The position numbers and the translations under genes are program-made. From positions 27,590,001-27,654,000 of the forward strand of contig OZ249437.1 in the NCBI GenBank assembly GCA_965235115.1: a stretch of 64,000 bases of DNA, in the 5' to 3' direction. Origin of the DNA: Laetmonice hystrix. Taxonomy: Eukaryota. Of the stretch, positions 13,801 to 25,800 are shown one piece after another (position 1 is the first letter of the stretch; every line of letters starts with the position of its first letter). The notes below the pieces were generated by a model that saw nothing but the letters and a program-made list of their open reading frames with translations, made no database searches and was not told the origin of the DNA.

Positions 13801-16800
13801 ATTGGTTCGGTTTACTGTCTTATCTGCATGAAGTGATGTTTGCATGGTTTTTGCTGATAAAGAGGACGCGGAAGAAATAGTGCCACCTGGTGGCATGGAG
13901 GAGAACTGGGGAGAACTCGGCGAGCCTGTTGAGGCAGAGCAAGGTATACATGGTGCGTCCGTCGTGCAGTGTTTTCTGGAAGTATCACCACACGTAGTGA
14001 CCAGTAGACACTTCCTCGCACAGACTCTGTGTTTGTCGCATGCACCCGCTGTGAAGTGTCTGTGATGCTGTAGGGCTACACTGGCCAAGTCTGTCCCTTA
14101 AACTTTGACCTGCTGGCATTGCTGCTGGATGAAAAAAAACAGGTCGTAGATAAAGAGATTTAGGCCGATTGACTATTTCAGAACATCATCACAAACCCAA
14201 CACAGTTGTTTTCCAGGGCGATTATAAGTCTGGTCTGACAGATTGCTTATAACAATCACTTAATGATCTTGTGTGTAACCATTGCTAATAAAGCTATTAC
14301 CAGCGTAACCGTTGCTCAGACATTATAACATTTGGACGATGTAGACATATGACCAGACTTTAATCGCCCTGTATTCCTGAATCACCCTTTTATCAAGACC
14401 CGGTGCTACTTTGGTATGGAATAAAAAAAAGTCAAGTTCATCGTTTGGAGGGCTGAGATAACTTTGATGTCGAGTTTGTTGAGGAATCTTTATGAATACA
14501 GACAGATGTATGTGGTGATCGGAATAATGGGAGACGTCGTTTACCGTTGGCCAACTCTTGCTTTGTTCTCTGGTAGACAATGGGTGAAAGGGTGCCTGTG
14601 GCAATGCTTGGAATTTAAAGGAACAAAAGAAAAATTGATGAGAGCGTGCGACAGTGAAGGAATTGAAACAGTAGTGGTATTCACTCGTCTTGTGTATGGA
14701 CTAATCGTTATAGATTAATGCTAGGACAGCCACGACTGGGAGATTGACACAGGGCTGGTAGATTGACACAGGACTGGTAGATTGACACAGGCAGACGAGT
14801 CCTCTAAGATTAATGCTGACACAGCCACGACCTTTAGACACGGTCAGACGAATGGTTTCAGATTGATGCTAGGACAGCGACGACTGGTAGATTGACACAG
14901 GACTGGTAGATTGACACAGGACTGGTAGATTGACACAGGACTGGTAGATTGACACAGGACTGGTAGATTGACACATGGCTGGCAGATTGACACATGGCTG
15001 GCAGATTGACACAGGACTGGTAGATTGACACAGGACTGGCAGATTGACACAGGACTGGTAGATTGACACAGGACTGGTAGATTGACACAGGAAGACGATT
15101 CCTCTCAGATTAATGCTAACACATGCGAGGCGATGACGGCAACTACAAGCCTAAACCTGGTGACTATCGGAACCAGTCACTTTCTCGTTACTGCCTACCG
15201 CCGCTGCTGCTGGCTGCTGCTCCTGCTGCTGCTGCTGCTGTAGGGCTGGAGCTTGGACCAGCAGGAAATGAAAGCTTGATTGAAAGTACCATGTCACCAG
15301 GCACCCATCAGTTCTCCGCTGGTGCCTGACGCTACCAGTCAGTTGTTCCGTGTCCACCGCCGCTACCACTCGCAGCACCATCAAGACCTCCACCAGCTGC
15401 AGCGACTTGGCCAAGCTTCATCAGCTGTGTACACTACCGTTAACAGCTGTTGTGTCCACGCCACCAACGCCCTGTCCTGTCGTCACCTTTTGTTCAGGTG
15501 TTAGTGGGCACCTCTCGGAACATTTGGAGCTACAGCCGGGTAGTGGCCAATGTTGTGATGCTTGGTGAGAAGGACGGGGGTGGGGAAGTGGTCGCTCTGG
15601 AGGGTCAGCCAGGAGAGGCTGCCTTGGACTGGAGGGGAGAGGCCGACCAGGAGGGGACTGCTGGCGAGGCCACCCTCACCGTGAGGGGAGAGGCCGACCA
15701 GGAGGGGAGTGCTGGCGAAGCCACCCCCACCGTGAGGGGAGAGGCCGACCAGGAGGGGAGTGTCAGCGAGGCCACCCCCACCGTGAGGGGAGAGGCCGAC
15801 CAGGAGGGGAGTGCTGGCGAGGCCACTCCTACCGTGAGAGGAGAGGCCGACCAGGAGGGGAGTGCTGGCGAGGCCACCCCCACCGTGAGGGGAGAGGCCG
15901 ACCAGGAGGGGAGTGCTGGCGAGGCCACCCCCACCGTGAGGGGAGAGGCCGACCAGGAGGGGAGTGCCAGCGAGGCCATCCCCACCGTGAGGGGAGAGGC
16001 CGACCAGGAGGGGAGTGCTGGCGAGGCCATCCCCACCGTGAGGGGAGAGGCCGACCAGGAGGGGAGTGCTGGCGAGGCCATCCCCACCGTGAGGGGAGAG
16101 GCCGACCAGGAGGGGAGTGCCAGCGAGGCCATCCCCACCGTGAGGGGAGAGATCGGCGACCAGGAAGCTGAGGGCGTGGCTAAGGGTGTGGCTGAGGATG
16201 GACCAGAGGGCAGAACTGTAGAAAATACTGCAGGGGAAAATTTGGAGAGTGAGAATCGCCCTCGCCAGGATAAAACTGGGGAGGGCAATCACCCAGCCAC
16301 TGAGACCGGCGGGGACAGGACTGGACTGGCGCTAGGACTGGACACAACTGCGAGCACAGTGCCGATAGTTGTAATCAGTTTGGACGGTGGTGAGTGTCAG
16401 TGCCGGTAGTTGTAATCAGTTTGGACGTTGGTGAGTGTCAGTGCCGGTAGTTGTAATCAGTTTGGACGTTGGTGAGTGTCAGTTCCGGTAGTTGTAATCA
16501 GTTTGGACGTTGGTGAGTGTCAGTGCCGGTGTAACACCCTCAAATCACTACCCCGCTCAAACCACTACCGTAGTGTTTTGAGCGTAAGCTCAAAGCACTA
16601 CGGTAGTGGTTTGGGGGTACACCCAAAGCACTACTGTCACGCTCAAAGCACTACCCCTAGAAATCTCAAAACACTACCCACGCTCAAAACACTATACCCC
16701 ACCCATAGGCGTCGGGGGGTTCTGAAAGTGGAGGGGCGGGGGTCCTGAAACTTGTCTGCTTTTATTTTAATGTTTGCAGCGGGTGTTCGTGACAGAGGAA

Positions 16801-19800
16801 TCAAGCAAAGTTAGGGACTCTGAGGCATAGTCCAGAAAAAGATTTTAGGACTATGGAGTGATCTGTTGTACCTTGAGTGCATTTGTGAAGGTCAAAAATT
16901 ACACTTTATGTCAAATAACAGAAAAAGAACTTTTTCTTTGGTGACAAAAGTGGGGGGGGGGGGGTCCCCTAAAGGCGTGTGCTGGGGGTCGGAAAAGAAG
17001 AAGGTTTTTGAACGAATCCTGGGAGTTGTAGCTAAATTAAGCGAGGGTAGTGTTTTGAGAGTGGGTAGAGTGTTCTGAGCATGACAGTAGTGGTGTGGGC
17101 GTGGGCAGGGTAGTCCTCTGAGCGTAGGCTGACTTACGCTCAACCCACTCTACAGTAGTTTGGGCGTACACTCAAACTACTACCGTAGTGCTTTGGGGGT
17201 AGAGTGGTTTGGGCATAGTACACCTGTAGTTGTAATCAGTTTGGACGGTGGTTCGTGTCACAGTGCCGATAGTTGTAATCAGTTTGGACGGTAGTGAGAG
17301 TCACAGTGCCGGTAGCTGTAATCAGTTTGGACGGTGGTGAGTGTCAGTGCCGGTAGTTGTAATCAGTTTGAACGGTGGTGAGTGTCAGTGCCGGTAGTTG
17401 TAATCAGTTTGGACGGTGGTGAGTGTCAGTGCCGGTAGTTGTAATCAGTTTGAACGGTGGTGAGTGTCAGTGCCGGTAGTTGTAATCAGTTAGGACGGTG
17501 GTGAGTGTCAGTGCCGGTAGTTGTTATCAGTTCGGACGGTGGTGAGTATCACAGTGCCCGTAATTGTGAGGTGAGTGTCAACAGTGCCGACCATGGCCAA
17601 TGGTAAAACATAGCCAGTCGTGTTGGTAGATGATCATGAACTTTGCCCGTGGTTATATTAGTAAGGAAGATATACACCTGAATTACGAGGTTTGAGAGTC
17701 ACAACTTCATGCATAGTGTCCCTGCTGTTTTGGAATGCATGTTTTAATAGATGGTTGTGAGTGTGGCCCACACAGGACAGTTTGAGTGAGGTTCTTTATT
17801 GTACGCAGGGGTTGGCCTGTGTATCTTATATGAATGTAACTAACACTAACCCTAACCTTAACCCTGACCGTAACCCTAACCCTAACGGTAACCACGTGGC
17901 CAAAATGTCCTAGGTTGCAGGTTCGTGGCCCAAAACGTCCGTGGCCCAAAAATCCGTGCACCATCTTATATACAGGACCTAACAGGTGACTGTGGCACAT
18001 GTTATAATGGGAGTGGCAGGATGATGATTCCCATGTTATAACATAGACCTACACTAAGTGGAAGGTCAGCGCAGCGCGGACTTATGTAACACACAAGGTA
18101 TGGAGAAAAGGGCCCATACAAAGGGCGTGGGAGGCCAGCGTAGCACCAATATTGCCTAGCTGATCGCTGGTTACAACAATAAACTCTGTTTAGTAATACG
18201 ACCAGGGGTAGCTGTCGTTTTCTCACCTTTGTTTGAAGGTGCCAATCAGGTAGGCCTATTTTACCACCGCCTATTGGGAGGTTGCGTCACTACACCTGGC
18301 TCCGTGCCTTTACCTGAAATACCTGGGCCAGGCCCCCGGAGACATACCAGTGCAAACACCGAGCGGCGAGCTCCCCAGGCGAGGCTAGTGTACAATTGTC
18401 TGTACGCCTGTCTCGCCTGGGGAGCTCGTCGCTCGGCTTATGCAATGACTGTGTGATGTTGGGGCCAGAATAACGAGCTTACCTTTCCTTCATGGCACCG
18501 ACTGTTTCACGCTAGACTTCCATCAATCTAGAAGACACTTCACTTGACTGACTGTATGTTATAATGTTCCCAGCTCTAGATTATGTTGTGACACGTTATT
18601 TTCATATATCACTGCCACATACGAAGATCTTCATCATGTGGTTTCCCGTTGTATCTGGGACAAATTTCAGATTTTAGAGTTCATAACTCTAAGCTTGTTA
18701 CAGTGTATAATTTGTGATGCTATATTGTAATAAGTGCTATTACAACAATCACGTCCTTGTCAAACCTGTCAATTGTCGCCTCTATGACACTGCTGTACGT
18801 GTGCCACGTACTTCTCTGGAAGCAAGACCAATTGTTTCTTTCCAGACGACTGGGGGATCCAGGGGAGCCCAAGGGACCTGGGCACCCCTTAAATTTTATT
18901 ATTCGGACCCTGAAACCAGGATTCCAACACAATTCTTTAAAAAGGCCTCCTATATTGTACGTGATAGTAACATCGGGCCCAAGAGGGCCTCCTCAGTCAT
19001 CCAGGAGCAACGTAACTCTGGGCCATGCAGCATTGAAATAGACCAAAAGGGGCCCAAAATGGCCATAACCATAACAAAAGCATGCCGAGCGTAGCAAGGC
19101 TAAATTTTTTTTAGTTGGGCCCCTCTTGTCAAAATCCTGGATCCCCCACTGCAGACCGGTAGTAGGCGCTGTACTAGAACATTTGCTACAGCGGCAGAAC
19201 GATCTTTATTACTAGACCTTGTCATACTGATAGTTGTCTCATAACCGTCCCTTCCGTTCCTGACTTACAGAGCCCGTGGAGAGCACCCCCGCGCCGCCTC
19301 CCCCGCCACCGTCCATACAACTACCCCAGCCGGAGAAGGAACCAGTTGTCTCAGACCCCGCCAAGTGCGCCATCGTCCCTGGCAAAGAGACGACCATTGA
19401 GATTCAGAAGGGGAAGTCAGGGCTCGGGTTGAGCATCGTCGGAGGGGCTGACACTTTACTGGTGAGTAGGAACAGAGGAGAGGATAATAGCCGGGAACTT
19501 ATCTCAGAGGGGTTTTAACGAAAGTTATTAAATTAGGAACAAAAAGGGAATTACTCGGTTTGTAGGGGGAATCTGAAAACAAAGTATTGACCCCGTTAGG
19601 ACATGTTCATTTTGGTCTGTTTCATTTGAATTCCTGACATAATTCAGTCATGTTTTGTTTGTTTTATTCAGACCTTTTTTTTAAATTGCCGCTTGTTACT
19701 GAGTGTGCATTCCCCGCGCATTGCAGTGGTTAGGTTTGACAGCGTCTAGAGTCGACATTAGATCTGCCTTGTGTCTCTGTGGTGCAGCCTCCGCAGGCCG

Positions 19801-22800
19801 TATCGTAGATCTGATCAGGGTGGACGTCTAGTCAAGGAGTCATTAATTAGCCGGGGGAGGGAAGATGATGTTCATAGTAAGGCTAAAAACAAACAAGAGG
19901 AAATCTAATTTTAGTTGGCGTTAGAGATAATAGCTTTGATAAAAGGGGAAACTATAAAAAAAAATACCGACGTTTTTGGATACAGTGCAGTTTATATGAG
20001 AACGATCTCTCCCTTACTCTTAGATAAAACAAATCAAAGCAATAGTTACGTTTTATCTCCTTACCATGCTTTCCTACAACAATCATTATGTGTATAATTA
20101 GGACTTAATTATGTCTCTCCGCTTACCTCTGTTACGAATCCCTTCAGGATCTCATTGTGCCTGCTAAGGTTGTAGTGAGAAGGAATCTTATAATTTACCC
20201 CCCCCCCCCCGCCCCTGCCTCTCCTGTCGCTGGAGCTATTCTCTGAACCTCCCTCAGGCATTCAGTTGTATTTATTTAATGCGTAAACCAACCCTTTAAA
20301 TTTCCCCTATCAGTTTTAAAAAAGAAATTAAGCTTTAAAAATAGGTGCTAATATGAGGAGACTTGAGTTATATAAGAGTATGTCGAAGGGTAGCTGTTTG
20401 TGTACTGTGTTGCTGGTAACATAGGCCTACAGAGCACACGGCAGTCGAGTTGGAAGGGGGTGGGGTGGGGGGGGGGGGCGTTTGGCACACGCCGTACTTT
20501 TGTGACTGATGCCAGTAGAATGGTAAGGGGCCGCGCTTAAATTTGATCCGAGTTGGCTTAGAATCAACAGGGGACGCTCTCCTCCGCATTTGTAGTCTTT
20601 ACAACAGTGTTTGATGTCGAAGGAATTATTTAACAAATATTGGATAGATTCCATGTTATGAAAACCTCTTAGAAGTTGACATGTAACGCTAGCAGTCAGT
20701 GACTGGCCTGCCCAGTTTATGTTTCAATGGAAGTTAGAAGACAAACCATCGATAATCTTTGTTTTTTTTAAAGTGAATTAATGTCTATATTAAAGTACGC
20801 CTGTTTTTGTTCTTGCTTATTGCTTTACTTAAAACTAAAATTTGTTAAAAAAAAAGATTAACCAAAACATAAATATGTGCTAGATACGCAGTTCCTTATG
20901 ACCAGCGTAAAAGCAATTAATCCACTTAAACCAACTTGAAAATGCTAAAATAGATTAATTTGTTAATTGAAAGATAAATATATATTTCATATCTAAGAGC
21001 TAGATGTTATTCAAGATTGAAGATGTATGTAATTAGTAGTGTAGATGCTAGAGAGTCCGGTCAAAGATATGTACATTTGTATTGGTAATATTATCTTCAC
21101 TTATAATAACCTATCTCGTTGTATAATAAGGAACGACTCGTTAACGGGATCCTCGTTAGCAAGTATTCTGCCCCATTTGTCTCTTGGTAAATTAGTTCTA
21201 TCGTTATTAACGATGAAATCATAAATACGGGCCCCAGCTGGCTGCCATATTTGCTTGTGTTCTCAGGCCGACCTGTATGTATGTTGTGATGGCTGTGACC
21301 GGCCTAGCCAGCAAGTTGTGCCATATACCTTCCCATCTTTATATGAGTTCTGCTTTCTTCCCTTATGTCAATCTCCAGCATGAGGTGACCGTAAGTATAA
21401 ACGTATGCCTGTGTTTTCACGACCGTATTAGTCGGCACCACACCCCCGTCTTCCAACCCCACCCACGTCTGTACCACCACTGTGGTGTGGCCACCTGCAT
21501 GGCACCGCATCGTCATAATATAGACACATCATCAGTTACTGCATCACGTCACGTACTACTACCGTCGGCTCGCTACAGTACAACATGCATGACGACGTTT
21601 TATCATTCCATGAAGTCCCTGACTAACGGTGGAGTTTTCAGATGGTCGTTTTCCCGGCATTCCTTTCCATCCCCGTAGGTTTCCCATTGTGTTTCCGAGA
21701 GCCTGCGGAGGGCGTTATGAACAACGTTACGATACTCTGTGTCATGGCAGCTCGAGTTGAAACAGTTATCACAACCTGAGTGGAATAGATAGGCACCCAA
21801 GTTTGATGTGCACGACAAGGGCAGTTGTAGTTTTGTGCTGTGATTGGATGTGAAAGTATGCACACTTCATTGTCTATTGCCGTTGACTTCAGGGGGACAA
21901 TTCTGCAGGTCAGGGGGTTCGATTAGCATAATTTTTTTTAAACTAGATCTACATACATATTTACCAACATTGGAATCTTCAAATTAACGGACAAAATTGT
22001 ACTCAGTGGTGATTTGATTAGAGGAAGGTGTTGGACTTTGAATTACGATTTCCATTGAATTCCCTTGAAAGTGTTCGTTGTGCAGGAACTAAGGTGTCTT
22101 CCCCCCAGCCGGTTTCTAATATATTTTTCGGGAGGTTGGTCAATCTAATGCTTGTTCTGTTAGCCATTCTTTACTGTGGTTTATGTGGTGGGATTTTTAT
22201 GGCCACTTTTTCCTTGAGATTTCAAAGTAAAGTTGATTGGGAGATATGTTCTTAGACTCTGGAGATGAGGGGGTGAGGTGCAGGCTGCATGTCAGTCATG
22301 GAGGGGGTTGACTGTGGAGATGAGGCGGTGAGGTGCAGTCTGTATGTCAGTCAGGGAGGGGGTTGACTGTGGAGATGAGGCGGTGAGGTGCAGTCTGTAT
22401 GTCAGTCAGGGAGGGGGTTGACTGTGGAGATGAGGCGGTGAGGTGCAGGCTGCATGTCAGTCATGGAGGGGGTTTACTGTGGAGATGAGGGGTTGAGGTG
22501 CAGGCTGCATGTCAGTCATGGAGGGGGTTCACTCTGGAGATGAGGGGGTGAGGGTAAGTCTGCATGTCAGTCATGGAGGGGGGTTACTGTGGAGATGAGG
22601 GGGTGAGGGTAAGTCTGCATGTCAGTCATGGAGGGGGTTGACTCTGGAGATGAGGGGGTGAGGTGCAGGCTGCATGTCAGTCACGGAGGGGGTTGACTCT
22701 GGAGATGAGGGGTAGAGGGTAAGTCTACATGTCAGTCATGGAGGGGGTTGGCTCTGGGGATGAGGGGGTGAGGGTAAGTCTGCATGTCAGTCACGGACGG

Positions 22801-25800
22801 GTTGACTCTGGAGATGAGGGGTTGAGGGTAAGTCCGCATGTCAGTCATGGAGGGGGTTGATGGAGGGGGTTGACTCTGGAGATGAGGGGTGAGGGTAAGT
22901 CTGCATGTCAGGATTCACACTGGCCGACAGTTTACATTGGTAAGATTTACATCGGTAAGATTTACATTGGTAAGATTTGCATCGTTCCATCGTTGTTGTA
23001 AGGGGCCGTGAGGTCCGTCAGATACCCAGACCTCCCGAACAGGATGTTACATTGCTGGGGACCACCTTGCTGTCACATACTATTTTCATATCTCATGTTC
23101 TCACCACTCGTACGCCCACTTTACGCATAGACACAGAGCACAGTCGGAGGCAGTCGTTGGGAGTCGTCCGACAGATATCTCTACCTATTGAATGGGGTGC
23201 TTTGGCTCTATCGGAAAGGCCATATTCTGTGTCATTATTGATATAGGTTTTAATGCTCCTCAATAGTAAGACCTTTCTGCTTAAAGTGTCTAGATTTCTG
23301 AAAGAGGTTCTTGTTCATCATCCTGTATGGTCTTACAAGAGTTACATGGTGTTAGTGCTGGAGTTTGAGTAAAAACACGGGAAACCTCTAACTTTTATTC
23401 TTTGCCAGCAGTTCATAACTTGTTCTCAGGCTAATTATCTGCCTAATATTATATATTCACGATGCTTTGGTTTTTTGGAAGCAAACATGACGAAAGCGCA
23501 AGCTAGAACGTGTAGTGCTGTAAAGTTAGATACAAATCGGTAGCTATATTTGATGTTGGCTGGCGCGTAAGATGATATGTTCCCGTTAGAGTGTTCAATA
23601 ATTAATGGTGATGGCCAGTCTGATAATTAATCTCGGATGTTTGTTACAGAGAGCTATCATCATTCACGAAGTGTACGAGGATGGAGCCGCCGCCAAGGAT
23701 GGCCGACTCTGGGCGGGAGACCAGATATTGGAGGTAGGTTTCAAACGCTCGGTCGCTGGTAGGTTTCAAACGCTCGGTCGCTGGTAGGTTTCAAACACTC
23801 GGTCGCTGGTAGGTTTCAAACGCTCAGTCGCTGGTAGTTTTCAAACACTCGGTCGCTGCTAGGTTTCAAACGCTCGGTCGCTGGTAGGTTTCAAACGCTC
23901 GGTCGCTGGTAGGTTTCAAACGCTCGGTCGCTGGTAGGTTTCAAACGCTCGGTCGCTGGTAGGTTTCAAACGCTCGGTCGCCGTTAGAACTCTGAATCTT
24001 GACGTGGCTGCCAGACAGCGGCGTCAGTTCACAACATTGGGCGGTGTTGTCTGATGTAATGTCGGTACAAGTTTACATTGACTGTGGATGTTGAAAGTTC
24101 TGGTAAGGGAAAGCGTCCTCCATGATCAGTGGTGTATTGACTTGTAGATTTCTTGGACCCGGTAAACGCTAGACGAAGGTGGCTTGTTACCACGAAATCT
24201 GAGGACATTAGTGTTTTCATGTTATCTCGACATATATAATCTATAATGTCACTCTATAATCACAACAAAAAGAATATTAGATGTTTCATTTCGAAGCAGC
24301 TTGATTTACTCATGGCTGGGATTTTTAGGATATTAAACCGAATGTCAGTCCATTCTTATTTGTGTTAATTGCACGATACTTGTGCAGTATCAGAGAACCT
24401 TTCAGACAGCCGTTTCATAGCCGGTATGCTATAACACAACAGCCTGGTTTCTCCGGGGTAAAATGACTGGATTTGAGGATCTTTCCCATCGATCTTCAGT
24501 GTCGTTTCTGCTTATTTTAACATGGATATCACAATAAATATGGAAATGTTTTGAAGACATACCTACCCGATGTGTGTGGGTATGTATGTGCATGTTAGTG
24601 AATGCAATGGAGTTTGTGAATTGATCGTGAGCGTGGAGCGTGCTTCCATGGGCGTGGTTGTGCCAGCCCATGGCGGAGACCTGTCTAGGTGTAACCCGAT
24701 ACCAATCTCCATTATAATCCTAGTGGTAAAACGGAATGGGGACCGTCACATGGCACGGAGTGTGGACCTCCGCTTACCTGACAAAGTGGGCGATCATCCC
24801 GCCTCCTCTTCCTCACTACAAACACTGTACCGAGGCCACTTTGAAAAGAATCTGATACTGAAAACAGGTGGCAGTTCGGCGCTGCCTCGGTACACTGGTG
24901 ACGGCGTGGCTACCACTGAATCCGCCCAACTGTGTGCAACCATCAGCTGCGTATTTAGGTGCACAAGTGTAAGCAAGATGATTTTGATAGATCAAAGAGA
25001 TGATTTTTTTTCTTGTCAGCACAAAGCTCGCGTTCATATACATTCGGGGCGTGCTTTGGCATGGCTATACCATTCCTAGCGGAGAGGCAGTGCTACAAGA
25101 TATGTTTTATATGTGGGAAGGGCGCCATGAAATCAACATCACGTTTTAATTAGCATGTCTACACGTGTGTTTTAATCTCATTGATTGAAGCAAACCTAAG
25201 ACTAATTACCGGGGTATTGATTTGAATGTACTCGTGACGGCCTGAATCCCACCTGTTGGACCGGGGGGTTGGGGGGTTGGTCCGTTCCTGTTGACATAAC
25301 CCTGATCTGACCAACATAAAGTCAGGTAGAGTAGGACGTGGAGTCAACCCGACTGTTTCGACCCAGTGTACCGCATTCCTCACACTTCACCAGGGGTGGG
25401 GGCGTACACAGATACACGTCCGGGCAATGCTACAGGGACCAGAAGGACGTAAAAACCAAATATCAAAATAATTTCAGAAGTTTAGAAACTTCCAATGGTG
25501 ACATCGCCTCTCATGTGGTTTCCACGCCTTCAGGGCCTCAGTTCTGGAGTTAGGTCACTGGAAGTTGAGCGCTGTAACCGACAACTTGGCAGAGAGGCCG
25601 TGCGTACATTAATTTCTTGAACTCTTGGATGGTACCAGCGGATTTGTGTGCCAACGAAGTGTTCCACAGCCATATCATACAAGTAAAAACAAGATTCACA
25701 CGGATCTGACGGAAGGTTCACACAAACATCAGTGCCTTGACATTTTGCTAAAATTTAGTCAAATAGATTTTTATAGCCAATAGATGAGAGCAGAGCAACG

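Noticed and set aside
19788-21278. Two 12-nt AG/GT-bounded segments (19788-99 PPQA; 21267-78 ADLY) with upstream TGC, in frame within PDZ10
   Set aside because: Weak donors, and such short candidates are easy to find by chance in a 4-kb intron; no independent support.
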